A stretch of 64,000 bases of DNA from Bacillota bacterium (GTDB taxonomy: Bacteria > Bacillota_I > Bacilli_A > RF39 > UBA660): NCBI GenBank assembly GCA_015059285.1, contig SVAS01000002.1, positions 2,572 to 66,571 on the forward strand, given 5' to 3'. Below the pieces are notes generated by a model. It did not search any database. It worked only from the letters and a program-made list of their open reading frames with translations, and had not been told where the DNA came from. A program made the translations under genes and the position numbers. Below, in pieces: positions 1-9,052 of the stretch (within the stretch, counting starts at the first letter, position 1; the number at the start of each line of letters is the position of its first letter).

Positions 1-56
1 AAAGGCATTTTTATATGAATATAAAGAAAAGAGGTTTATTTTAAAACCTCTTGAAA

Positions 57-1436
57 TTATGAAATTACAATTCTAAACGAATATTCACTATTTGAATCAC
101 CATTTCCTGTTGAAAAACTAAACATACCTGCTTTAGTTGTTGATTTAAAGTCTCCACCTCGTATAACCCAAGGACCACTTGTATTTGGGAAAATAGCCAA
201 GTCATTATACCATGAACTATAATAATCTGTACTATAACTAAAAGGCCCCATTTCTCCAGTAGCATCTCCTAGTATTCTTTTACTGTATTGCGTTAAATTG
301 GTAGAAGAATACTTGTTAATATATTTATCCTGTGGAAAAGTAGTAGTTGTAAATCCACTTAAATCATAAGCAGAAGTTGTTTCTTCTGAATAACCCATCA
401 CATATTCCCAGGCTCCACCACTCATATCAAATATTCCACTAATATTTCCAGTTGTACTTTGTTTATAAGTAGTAACTGTTCCATAAGCATTATGACAAGT
501 AGTACTATTTGCTTCATCCATAGAATTACTTCCACAACCTGTTTTATAATAGCTAGAATTATTTATAGCTACTTCATCACCTTTTCCATACATAGAATGC
601 GATAAATACGCTACTGCTCCCCATTCTGTATTTTTCATCAAATGTGAATTAACATCATTAGCTAGACTAAAAATATTTTCATCTGCATTCATATTAGTAA
701 CCATAGAGTGTATATTGCTTACTGACATCATTCTCCAAGCATAATTATTTGGCTTAATAATTATTTTATTTGTATCAATACTAGAAACTAATGCTTGTTC
801 TAAACTTGTAGCACCACTATATCCTGTTTCAAATTTTCCTACCCAAAATCCATTTAATTCTTCTGTTCCAAACGTAAATGCCGGATGTGTTAAATATTCC
901 TCTACTATTGTTGAGCTTGATTTTGTTGTATTTTTTGTTTCAAAAATAATATCAATACTATGAACTTTACTTACATCTTGAGTAGTAGAAGTATCAGTTG
1001 CTTCCGTATACCATAGTTTATATCTAAAACGAGGAACCCATACTAAATAAGTTAAAATATCTTCTTCACTTATTACAGTCCCAGCTGAAGCATTTTCATA
1101 ATTAGCCTTCGTATCATTAGTAACAGTAACTACATTAGCCCATTTTTTTTGACTATAATTATACCATTCTCTTGTTAAATCTGCTTTCTTAACTGTTCCA
1201 TTATTTTCAATAACAACAGGTATCATTCCTGATTTTATTTTTGGATCTGCACCATTTAATCTATCTTCTTTATATAAAGAATTCTCCATTTTGTTTATAA
1301 TATCATTTTTTATTTTGTCAAATGAGAACTTAGTTGTTCCTAAAATAGTTAAAATTCCCATAAAAAGAGTTACAAATAAAATTAATAATGAATATAATAC
1401 CCCTGAAATTGCGAACCCCTTATTATTCAGTTTCAT
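57..1436 (-). CDS. Secreted/membrane-anchored protein with pilin-like N-terminal hydrophobic segment (KGFAISGVLYSLLIL) and C-terminal FGE-sulfatase / C-type-lectin-like fold (GGAWEYV...VIRGGDF...SFRIV)
   Basis: ORF track. N-terminus resembles a class III (prepilin) signal but lacks Glu at +5. C-terminal motifs resemble the formylglycine-generating-enzyme-like lectin fold typical of DGR targets. No TR match found. Confidence 0.45.
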   Translation of the reverse strand: MKLNNKGFAISGVLYSLLILFVTLFMGILTILGTTKFSFDKIKNDIINKMENSLYKEDRLNGADPKIKSGMIPVVIENNGTVKKADLTREWYNYSQKKWANVVTVTNDTKANYENASAGTVISEEDILTYLVWVPRFRYKLWYTEATDTSTTQDVSKVHSIDIIFETKNTTKSSSTIVEEYLTHPAFTFGTEELNGFWVGKFETGYSGATSLEQALVSSIDTNKIIIKPNNYAWRMMSVSNIHSMVTNMNADENIFSLANDVNSHLMKNTEWGAVAYLSHSMYGKGDEVAINNSSYYKTGCGSNSMDEANSTTCHNAYGTVTTYKQSTTGNISGIFDMSGGAWEYVMGYSEETTSAYDLSGFTTTTFPQDKYINKYSSTNLTQYSKRILGDATGEMGPFSYSTDYYSSWYNDLAIFPNTSGPWVIRGGDFKSTTKAGMFSFSTGNGDSNSEYSFRIVIS

Positions 1437-1543
1437 ATTTCACCTTCTTAACTAACTTTTATCTTTTTACTATCCTAGATATATCTTATAACAAAAAAAC
1501 CTTGTAGTCAATTTATAAATAAAAAATAAGAGAAAAATTTCTC

Positions 1544-2077
1544 TTATTTGGTTTCAATAATTCCATAATTGCCATCTTTTCTTTTATATAATATGCATAT
1601 ATTTTCATGTTCTGCATCTTTATACACAAAGAATTCATGACCTAATAATTCCATTTGAAGAATAGCTTCTTCTTCGTTCATTGGCTTCATTTCTATTAAT
1701 TTTCTTTTAACTACTACAGTATCTGTTTCATCTTCACTATCAATATTAAAATCAATTATAAAATTATCTACATTTTTTCTATTATTTTTTGAACTCATAC
1801 GAGTTTTATTCTTACGAATTTGTCTTTCAATTTTATCTGATACTAAATCTATAGAAGCATATAAATCACTATTAGCTTCCTCACCTCTTAAAATTAGTCT
1901 TGGCGCTGGTATAGTAACTTCTACTACTTGATCACGACCGCGCATTTTAATAACAACATTTGCTGTTAATTCAGATGGATTTTCAAAATATTTTTCTAAT
2001 CTACCTATCTTTTCTTCAATATAATTTCTTATTGCATCAGTTACTTCTAACTTCTGACCACGAATATTAAATTTCAT
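1544..2077 (-). CDS. hpf: Ribosome hibernation promoting factor (long HPF, YfiA/RaiA family)
   Basis: 177 aa. MKFNIRGQKLEVTDAIRNYIEEKIGRLEKYF and the C-terminal dimerisation domain are typical of long-form HPF. Confidence 0.85.
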   Translation of the reverse strand: MKFNIRGQKLEVTDAIRNYIEEKIGRLEKYFENPSELTANVVIKMRGRDQVVEVTIPAPRLILRGEEANSDLYASIDLVSDKIERQIRKNKTRMSSKNNRKNVDNFIIDFNIDSEDETDTVVVKRKLIEMKPMNEEEAILQMELLGHEFFVYKDAEHENICILYKRKDGNYGIIETK

Positions 2078-2155
2078 ATAATCCCTCCTATAATTATTAT
2101 ATCACAATTATATTTAAATCAACATGCAAATTCATCCAAAAAACAAAAAAACCAC

Positions 2156-2368
2156 TTACACTAAAGCAGTTTTTATTTCAACTACATTTTTTGCTTGTAA
2201 ACCTTTGTCTGTTCTAACTAATTCAAATTCTACGTATTGACCTTCAACTAACGTTTTATAGCCTTCTGATAGAATTGAAGAGTAGTGAATAAAAATATCT
2301 TCTCCTTCTTTATATTCAATGAATCCATAACCTTTTTCGTTATTGAACCATTTTACTTTTCCCTTCAT
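2156..2368 (-). CDS. Cold shock protein (CspA family)
   Basis: MKGKVKWFNNEKGYGFI... RNP motifs. Start moved to an internal ATG preceded by AGGGAGA; the upstream part of the track ORF is non-homologous. Confidence 0.85.
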   Translation of the reverse strand: MKGKVKWFNNEKGYGFIEYKEGEDIFIHYSSILSEGYKTLVEGQYVEFELVRTDKGLQAKNVVEIKTALV

Positions 2369-2536
2369 AGTCAAAAATCTCCCTTCTAGTAATTTGTTTA
2401 CAATACCAATATACCCCTTATTACCCTTACATTTCAAGAAATTAAAGCCATCAAAATTCGACAAAATGTTTTCTTTTGGAATATAGCGGGCAGATGTATT
2501 TTATAACAAACTACTCCCTATAGTTTTGTTTTTGTC

Positions 2537-2566
2537 TGAAACTGCCAATTATATGCTTGAAATCAT
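2537..2566 (+). promoter_or_regulatory. Candidate LytTR (AgrA-type) binding site: 9-bp direct repeats TGAAACTGC-N12-TGAAATCAT
   Basis: Two imperfect 9-mers (7/9 identical) spaced exactly 12 bp apart, upstream of agrB. This architecture matches LytTR regulators, but the distance to the -10 (about 95 bp) is longer than usual. Confidence 0.2.
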
Positions 2567-2655
2567 TATTTTTTCAATATCTATAATTTTATTTTTTGGA
2601 AATAAACTTAAAAATTCAGAACTTAACCTTTTTTTGTTTTTTTTATAAAAACGTT

Positions 2656-2664
2656 TGTTATAAT
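2656..2664 (+). promoter_or_regulatory. Extended -10 element (TGTTATAAT) of the agrB-agrD promoter
   Basis: TGnTATAAT about 27 bp upstream of the agrB ATG. AAAGGAG RBS at 2675-2681. Confidence 0.4.
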
Positions 2665-2690
2665 TTGTTCAGCATAAAGGAGCAGATATT

Positions 2691-3296
2691 ATGCGAGATG
2701 TAATTATTAACAATTCATTAAGTTTTATAAAAAAGAATAATCCAGATTTCTCTAATGAAAAACTTGCAGAAATAGAATATGGATTAGTATCTATATATCT
2801 TCTTATAAGTAAACTAATTATCATAATTATATTAGCTTATATACTAGGAATAGTTAAAGAAATGCTAATATTTTCATGTTTATATAATGTAATTAGAATA
2901 CCTTCTTTTGGACTACATGCTACCAAAAGTTGGATATGTTTATTAGTATCTAGCATTATGTTTTTAGGTCTTCCTATTCTTTGTAAATATATAGTTATTA
3001 TACCTATAATCAAATTTATTTTAGGTATGATAGTAACTTTATTTATTTTTAAAAATAGTCCTGCTGATACACATAAAAGACCTATTGTTAGTCCTATGAG
3101 AAGAAAAGTGTTTAAAACTATTTCAACTATAATTTCTATCATATTTGTAATAGTTTCACTTTACATAAAGAATAATTTTATAAGCAATAGTTTAATAATT
3201 TCATTAGTATTACAATCATTATTTATATCACCAACTGTTTATAAAATTTTTAAATTACCTTATAACAACTATAAAAATTACAACTTAGAAAACTAA
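2691..3296 (+). CDS. agrB: AgrB-like accessory gene regulator B (AgrD-processing membrane cysteine endopeptidase)
   Basis: 201 aa polytopic membrane protein. It carries the conserved RIPSFGLHATKSWIC His...Cys catalytic pair spaced 7 residues apart as in AgrB, and lies immediately upstream of an AgrD-like peptide gene. Confidence 0.75.
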   Translation: MRDVIINNSLSFIKKNNPDFSNEKLAEIEYGLVSIYLLISKLIIIIILAYILGIVKEMLIFSCLYNVIRIPSFGLHATKSWICLLVSSIMFLGLPILCKYIVIIPIIKFILGMIVTLFIFKNSPADTHKRPIVSPMRRKVFKTISTIISIIFVIVSLYIKNNFISNSLIISLVLQSLFISPTVYKIFKLPYNNYKNYNLEN

Positions 3297-3349
3297 TGAT
3301 GGTTTAAATTTAATTTAAACATAGATAAAAGAAAAAAGGAGGAAATATC

Positions 3350-3472
3350 ATGTCAAAATTATTTTCAAACATTTTAGCAGCTTTAGGATTAGGAGCTGCT
3401 GGTACAGGTAGTCAAGCTTGTTTTGTTTGGTTTGCTGATGAACCTGAATGTCCAAAAAGCTTAGTTAAATAA
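3350..3472 (+). CDS. agrD: AgrD autoinducing peptide precursor (MSKLFSNILAALGLGAAGTGSQACFVWFADEPECPKSLVK)
   Basis: 40-aa ORF not in the track. Strong RBS AAAAAGGAGG 7 nt upstream. N-terminal amphipathic leader, a central Cys-containing core (CFVWF) and the conserved acidic C-terminal DEPE-PK-L recognition tail of AgrD. Confidence 0.8.
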   Translation: MSKLFSNILAALGLGAAGTGSQACFVWFADEPECPKSLVK

Positions 3473-3482
3473 TTAAGCTATG

Positions 3483-3531
3483 AAAAAAGCATATAGACAT
3501 ATGTTAACCATATGTTTATATGCTTATTTTT
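3483..3531. terminator. Bidirectional rho-independent terminator between convergent agrD and agrC
   Basis: A-run, then 15-bp stem GCATATAGACATATG / CATATGTTTATATGC (one mismatch) with loop TTAAC, then T-run. The agrC stop codon lies within the 3' arm. Confidence 0.6.
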
Positions 3532-4817
3532 AATATTTGAATAAATACGTTATCATTAATCATTCTAACATTTTCAAGATTAGAATTTTTATTAATAATT
3601 TCTTTAACTAAAGCAAGTCCATAACCATGTTCATTTCCTTTAGTGGTATATTTTACCATATCAATTTTATCTAAATCAATAGAACCTTCAAATGTATTAG
3701 CTATTGATATGTGAAATTTATCATCCATCATATAAAGTTCTATGCTGAGACTACCACTTTTTATTTTTTTACACTCTTCAATAGCATTATCTAAAAACAC
3801 ACCTACAATTTTACAAATATCTAAAATAAGATTTTCATTTAAATCTACCAAATGAACACTTCTTATTTTTCTGTCTATTTTTAGTTCAAAAAGAATATCA
3901 TTATTTTTCATATATAAAAGTTTAGAATAAATTAACGCTCTTAAACCACCGGCTGGAATTTTAGAGGTTTCCATAATTAAATTTTCATCATCTTGATATT
4001 CATTCTTAACAATATTATCTATATATTTGCTAACATCGCCTTTGGTATCTTTACCAAGCATATTTCTAATCATTAATAATTGATTTTTATTTTCATGATT
4101 AGAAACTTTATATTTATCTAATATATCTTCATAAGATTTTAGAGTTTCTAAAGTATTATTATATTTAACAGACATCTTTAGGTAATTATTGTTTGTAGCC
4201 ATAGTTCTAATAACCATTATAAAGCAACCTATGGTTAAAACTGTACATACAAGTACAAAATTTACTAAGTCTGTTTTAAAATACAAACAATAAAATAACA
4301 TACTTGAGCAAAGAATTAACACAATCACAATAGTAAATATTTTAACCACTTTTTCATTTTGTGATATAGTTTTTAATTTTTTATATAATGAATATATTAT
4401 TTTCAATCTCCCAACAAATAACACTAAAAACGAAACCAGTAAATTAGCATATATTGTTCCAAAAAACACATCAATCAGTTCATTTTGTTTGTTGATATTT
4501 AATAATAATACAACCAAAACAACTACTATTGATTCTGCTAAAATATATAAAAATTGTGTTATTATTGAAATTAATACTGCATCTTTCCAATTTGTTTTAA
4601 AAATTATTTTTAAAGTTAATATATATAGTATTATAACCAATAATAAAGAAAGTATTTTATTATTAAAAAAGTAATTTATAATTATTAATCCTATTAAAAC
4701 TATACTAATTAAATATAATTTATAATCCTTGAAGTTCAAATGCTTTTTTAACAATTTAGACCATATATAAAAATTAGTTAACACAATTGCTGTAGCTCCT
4801 ATAATATGATTTAACAT
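3516..4817 (-). CDS. agrC: AgrC-like sensor histidine kinase (HPK10 family, GHKL ATPase)
   Basis: 433 aa. N-terminal half has 6-7 TM helices. C-terminal HATPase with GHGYGLALVKEII G2 box. Adjacent and co-oriented with a LytTR response regulator. Confidence 0.8.
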   Translation of the reverse strand: MLNHIIGATAIVLTNFYIWSKLLKKHLNFKDYKLYLISIVLIGLIIINYFFNNKILSLLLVIILYILTLKIIFKTNWKDAVLISIITQFLYILAESIVVVLVVLLLNINKQNELIDVFFGTIYANLLVSFLVLFVGRLKIIYSLYKKLKTISQNEKVVKIFTIVIVLILCSSMLFYCLYFKTDLVNFVLVCTVLTIGCFIMVIRTMATNNNYLKMSVKYNNTLETLKSYEDILDKYKVSNHENKNQLLMIRNMLGKDTKGDVSKYIDNIVKNEYQDDENLIMETSKIPAGGLRALIYSKLLYMKNNDILFELKIDRKIRSVHLVDLNENLILDICKIVGVFLDNAIEECKKIKSGSLSIELYMMDDKFHISIANTFEGSIDLDKIDMVKYTTKGNEHGYGLALVKEIINKNSNLENVRMINDNVFIQILKISI

Positions 4818-5521
4818 TTACTCTTCAACTCCTTTTTATATTTATCAGATAGTAAGTCAATTGTAAGACCACTATCAAATAAAATCTTTTTTTTCATACT
4901 ATTAATAATCGCAACTCTTTCTTTATTTACAATGCAAGCTCTATGTGTTTGAACAAAACGTTCATCTAACATTGAAGATAATTCTAATAATGTTTTATAA
5001 GTTTTATATTCGTTTTTTTCAGTTTTAATAATACTTTTTCTTTCAATACTATCTCTTGTTATATATAAAATATCATTTAATGAAATATTATATATAACAC
5101 CTCTTTCTTCAAAATGTAATTTAGTTTGAATATTTAATATTTGTAAGGCTTTTAAAATAGATTTTTTCAATCTTTCATCAGAGTTTTCAAATTTATTAAT
5201 AAATGATAAAAACCATAGTTCTTTTTTCAAAACAGCAGGCCCAAGTTCATCATGACCTGTCATAAAAATAATAATACTTTCCATATCTTTTTCTCGTATA
5301 ACTCTAGCTATATCAATTCCAGATCTAGAAGGGGTTTCAATATCTAAAATATATATTCTAATACATTCTTTATTATTAATTAGTTTAATAAATTCATCAT
5401 TGTAATCATAAAAAGAAATTGTTTTATAAATAATTTTATTTTTCATCATAATATCATCTATTGTTTTTTCTACTTTTTCTGTAATTATTTTATCATCATC
5501 ACATATTATAAACTCTAGCAT
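4811..5521 (-). CDS. agrA: AgrA-like LytTR-family response regulator
   Basis: 236 aa. N-terminal receiver (IICDDD...) and C-terminal LytTR DNA-binding domain (FVQTHRACIVN). 7-nt overlap with agrC. Confidence 0.8.
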   Translation of the reverse strand: MLEFIICDDDKIITEKVEKTIDDIMMKNKIIYKTISFYDYNDEFIKLINNKECIRIYILDIETPSRSGIDIARVIREKDMESIIIFMTGHDELGPAVLKKELWFLSFINKFENSDERLKKSILKALQILNIQTKLHFEERGVIYNISLNDILYITRDSIERKSIIKTEKNEYKTYKTLLELSSMLDERFVQTHRACIVNKERVAIINSMKKKILFDSGLTIDLLSDKYKKELKSKC

Positions 5522-5647
5522 AATGAATTCACCTCACTAACAAACGGTTGCTATCAGTTAATTATCTATCGTATAAAATATTAGCATAAAAATGATGAAA
5601 AAGCAATGAATTTATAATAAGTTTATATAAAAAACAAAAGATAAATT

Positions 5648-6385
5648 TTATCTTTTGTTTGTTTTTTCCTCATACCAATTTTTAATCTTAGACCAACCAT
5701 TACTTGCAGCATCTTGAATTTGATTAGTAGCATCCTTAGTACTTTCTTTTATATCTTGTGTTACCTCTTTAGTTTTATCTTTTACGTCTTGATATTTATC
5801 ACCATATTGTTCAAGTAATTTATCGTCTGCATAATTTAAACCTTCTTGAAGTTTTGTCTTAACATAATCATATCCTTGCGTAAATTTTTCTTTAATAGTT
5901 TCTTTATAACCAGGAATTTTACTTTCTACTTTATTATCAATTCTAGATACTATAGCCATTATTTTATTTTTAGCATTATCACTTAATTGTTCAAAAGTTA
6001 CACCTTTAATTTCAGTTCCATAAAAAATAAAATCAATCCCTGTTATAGCTATCTCTTTAGCTTTTTCTTTAAATTTAGAAAAACTATCTTCATTAATTGC
6101 TTTGTCAACTTCTTGTTCTAGGTTTTCAAAATATGAAACAATTTCTATTTCTTTATCATCATTAATGATAACATTGCTATTTACATTTGCATTACTTTTT
6201 GGAGTTTGGGATTGGTTATTTTTTGAATTTGTTACTTTTTCTTCTTGATAATTACTACTTTGTTCATATACTATTTTTTTAGTATCATCATTTATAGTGG
6301 TTTTTTTTTGACACCCACTCACTGAAACTAACACAAAACCTGCACATATAACTGCCACTATTTTATTAATATTTATGTATTTCAT
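5648..6385 (-). CDS. Lipoprotein of unknown function (lipobox VSGC)
   Basis: Signal peptide MKYININKIVAVICAGFVLVSVSGC followed by a low-complexity Asn/Ser-rich linker and a Lys/Glu-rich helical domain. Confidence 0.5.
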   Translation of the reverse strand: MKYININKIVAVICAGFVLVSVSGCQKKTTINDDTKKIVYEQSSNYQEEKVTNSKNNQSQTPKSNANVNSNVIINDDKEIEIVSYFENLEQEVDKAINEDSFSKFKEKAKEIAITGIDFIFYGTEIKGVTFEQLSDNAKNKIMAIVSRIDNKVESKIPGYKETIKEKFTQGYDYVKTKLQEGLNYADDKLLEQYGDKYQDVKDKTKEVTQDIKESTKDATNQIQDAASNGWSKIKNWYEEKTNKR

Positions 6386-6444
6386 AAAAATCACCTCTTA
6401 AGTAATCAACTATTATAAAGTTTTACTTTATTTTTGTCAAAATA

Positions 6445-7200
6445 TTATTCATTTCTATTATATTGCATAGCTTCTTTAGGAAAATCATCTTTTATATCAA
6501 GTAATGTTCCTTTTAATTTTTGACTATAAAATTCATTAGCAAAATCCCTTATAGTATTAACTATTTTATCAGCATCTACTCTACTAATATTATACTTACT
6601 ACATTCATCATCGGTAATTTCAATAGCCTGCATATGAAATTCAAAGAAAATATCAGCCAAATCTTTTCCTTCAGCTATTTTTTCTACTACAAAAGGATGA
6701 TATCTTAATTCTTTAATAATACTAGAATCATCCATATCAACATTTTTTTCACTTTGATATTTTATAAAAGTAGTAGAAGAGTGGACTTTATCTATCATAT
6801 GGACTACCTTAGCCTCAATATCTATTCTATTTTCATAATTATTTAATATAGTATTAAAATCAATTACATTATTAAATTTATCAATCAAGTAGTCAATGGC
6901 TATCTTAGTTACTCTTTTTATCTCTTCACCAGATACGCCTTCAAATTTAGTTATGTCTCCAGTAATTGCTTCAGGTAGATCATGGCATAATATATAATCT
7001 ATAATTTTATTTTCATCTAAAAAATCAGGCATATGTTTTTTTAAAATTCTAAATATTAATAATAAATCTAAAACATGATTTTTAACATCTTCAAGTCTTG
7101 ACCTTTCTATTTTCCAAAGTAAGGGTCCTGTCCTTTCTGTATCTCCTAATATATCAAAAATCATAAATAGCTTCACATCTTTATTAAAATTATAAGGCAT
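6445..7200 (-). CDS. HD-domain phosphohydrolase (YfbR-like 5'-deoxynucleotidase family)
   Basis: Motifs EDVKNH...HDLPEAITGDI...HMIDK match the HD metal-binding residues arranged as in YfbR. Confidence 0.6.
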   Translation of the reverse strand: MPYNFNKDVKLFMIFDILGDTERTGPLLWKIERSRLEDVKNHVLDLLLIFRILKKHMPDFLDENKIIDYILCHDLPEAITGDITKFEGVSGEEIKRVTKIAIDYLIDKFNNVIDFNTILNNYENRIDIEAKVVHMIDKVHSSTTFIKYQSEKNVDMDDSSIIKELRYHPFVVEKIAEGKDLADIFFEFHMQAIEITDDECSKYNISRVDADKIVNTIRDFANEFYSQKLKGTLLDIKDDFPKEAMQYNRNE

Positions 7201-7469
7201 ATTATTCCTCTTTTCTTTTTCATCATTTTGTATTTAGTAATCTATTACATGGTTTATCAAATTTATTTATCATAATGTCCTTTGATACATTCATACCACA
7301 TTTATTATCTAAATGAACCAATGCTTAGAATTATAGTTATGGTAAAAATCAAAACAATATGAATGTTTTAAAAAATTAACATTATACCATTAACTAGTTT
7401 ATTATAAAAAAACTTAATACTTTCGTACCAAGTCTCATATTAACGAACCATTGGTTCGAATCATACTAA

Positions 7470-7543
7470 TGGCAGGGGTGGCAGGAGTCGAACCCACATG
7501 AACGGTTTTGGAGACCGTCATTCTACCATTGAATTACACCCCT
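7470..7543 (-). tRNA. trnW: tRNA-Trp (anticodon CCA)
   Basis: 74-nt cloverleaf read on the minus strand: AGGGGTG acceptor pairing with CACCCCT, anticodon loop CUCCAAA, T-arm GGGTTCGACTCC, 3' CCA encoded. A GC-rich hairpin lies just downstream at 7443-7462. Confidence 0.85.
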
Positions 7544-7620
7544 ATGTCAGAAATTATACCATATATTATCAATTTATTCAATAAAATTATGTAAATTCAT
7601 ATAATTTAATGGGTGATATT

Positions 7621-8049
7621 ATGTCTTTAATTAAATATACTGATAAAGAAAGAGATTTGCTTGCTAGGTTAATGAGAGCAGAAGCGGTTGGTGAAGGTGA
7701 TTTAGGTATGCTAATGGTTGGAAATGTAGGTATAAATAGAATTTTAGCTAATTGTTTGACATTTAAAAATATTAGAACTATTCCTGATATGATATATCAA
7801 AATCCAGGGGGATTTGTTGGAAAAGACAGTCCTTTGTTTTTTAGTAATCCTACTACAGCACAAAGAAATTTAGCCGATAGAGTAATCAAAGGACATTATT
7901 TTTTTCCAGCTACTAACGCTTTATGGTTTTATGCTCCTTCAAGCGGCGCTAGTTGTCAAAGTACTTGGTGGGAACAAGAATTAGCAGGAAGATATAAAAA
8001 CCATTGTTTTTATAAACCTGATAGAGGAGTATGTCAAGAATTGTACTAA
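7621..8049 (+). CDS. Cell wall hydrolase, Hydrolase_2 family (CwlJ/SleB catalytic domain only; germination-type cortex lytic enzyme)
   Basis: DLLARLMRAEAVGEG...GMLMVGNVGINRI...IYQNPGGF...ALWFY match SleB/CwlJ domain motifs. Size (142 aa) is like B. subtilis CwlJ. Start moved to the second ATG preceded by GGTGA. Confidence 0.65.
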   Translation: MSLIKYTDKERDLLARLMRAEAVGEGDLGMLMVGNVGINRILANCLTFKNIRTIPDMIYQNPGGFVGKDSPLFFSNPTTAQRNLADRVIKGHYFFPATNALWFYAPSSGASCQSTWWEQELAGRYKNHCFYKPDRGVCQELY

Positions 8050-8086
8050 AAAAGATATTTGGTGAACTAAGTTCATTAAATATCTT

Positions 8087-9022
8087 TTATATTTTCAATA
8101 TTTGCCCTGGATTTAATAAATTACTATCTAAATTATTTTTTTCTCTCAATTGGTCTATTGTTACATTAAATTGTTTGGCAATCTTGTATAAATTGTCCCC
8201 ACTTCTAACTACATATGTTATATCATTATTAGTTGGAATTTTTAATACTTGGCCTATATTTAATAAATTTGTGTTTAAACTATTAAATTGCATTAACTCT
8301 TCTACTGATAAACCATATGTACGAGCTATGGCATACAAATTATCTCCGCCCTTAACAACATAACTGATATAATTTTCCAAATTATCCTCCATACTCATCG
8401 GTATTAAAATAATTTGTCCTGGAGTAATAATTGAGGATTCTAAATTATTATATTCTATTAATTTATCAGTACTAATATTATTATTGCTAGCAATTCTATA
8501 CAAAGTATCCCCTAGTTTTACAGTATAAGATATATAATTATTATTAGGAATAATATTTTGTGTTACTGGTAGTTTTAATACCTGATTAATACTAATCAAA
8601 TTACTATTTAAATTATTAGTATTTTTAAGTTCTTCTACTGATACATTTAATTTTTTAGCTATACTCCAAAGACTATCTCCACTTTTTACTATGTATGTAT
8701 TATTTTGAGATTCTGAAGGATAAGAATAGCCTATATATTCTAAAATTGCTCTCACTACTGCTTCCGCATAGTTTTCATAATTATTTTTAAGTTGTTCTAT
8801 ATCATCCTTAGTACTATCTAAAAAGCCATATTCAATAATTACCGGCTCTGTAATCCCTGTATCTCTTAAAATATAATAATAATCTTTAGTAGGATTAGAT
8901 GGTAGTTTTTTTTGATATGCTTTACGAATATTTTGCCCTTCTTTACTTAATTCATTTAAGATAAGATTAGCTAGTGTATTGTTATTACGAAGAGCATAAA
9001 TTACCTCAGCACCATCGCCACC
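8087..9022 (-). pseudogene. C-terminal fragment of a split N-acetylmuramoyl-L-alanine amidase (Amidase_3 C-terminal half + 4 LysM repeats); intact only after excision of the 9023..17730 element
   Basis: The frame is open from 9022 downward with no start codon. It encodes GGDGAEVIYALRNNNTLANLILNEL...PVIIEYGFLDS...AEAVVRAILEY (second half of Amidase_3) followed by four LysM repeats (YTVKLGDTLYRIA etc.). It continues the N-terminal fragment at 17731..17993 exactly in frame. Confidence 0.65.
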
Positions 9023-9025
9023 TCA

Positions 9026-9044
9026 AGAGCCCATTTGCCACTAT
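9026..9044. repeat. Left terminal inverted repeat of intervening element (agagcCCATTTGCCACTat)
   Basis: Inverted match to 17711..17729, with 11-bp perfect core CATTTGCCACT. Confidence 0.6.
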
Positions 9045-9052
9045 TAATAAAT

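Noticed and set aside
57-200. The 3' end of the first pilin/lectin-like gene as a second VR for the TR at 23054..23158
   Set aside because: Direct comparison of its last about 140 nt (both strands) with the TR shows no extended similarity and no AAC-to-N pattern.
2837-3142. Minus-strand 101-aa ORF inside agrB
   Set aside because: Fully embedded antisense in the AgrB membrane protein gene. Hydrophobic mirror-frame artefact.
7441-7543. tRNA-Trp as integration (att) site for the adjacent accessory region
   Set aside because: Searched for a direct repeat of the tRNA 3' end. Only a weak partial match (ggttcgaatc at 7453..7462, part of a small hairpin) was found. The nearby element at 9023..17730 has its own att in the amidase gene.
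8756-9022. Considering the 222-aa LysM ORF (8087..8755) as a complete gene starting at MRAILEY
   Set aside because: The frame remains open upstream to 9022 and encodes the conserved second half of Amidase_3. The internal Met is not a plausible true start (no RBS), so it is a gene fragment.
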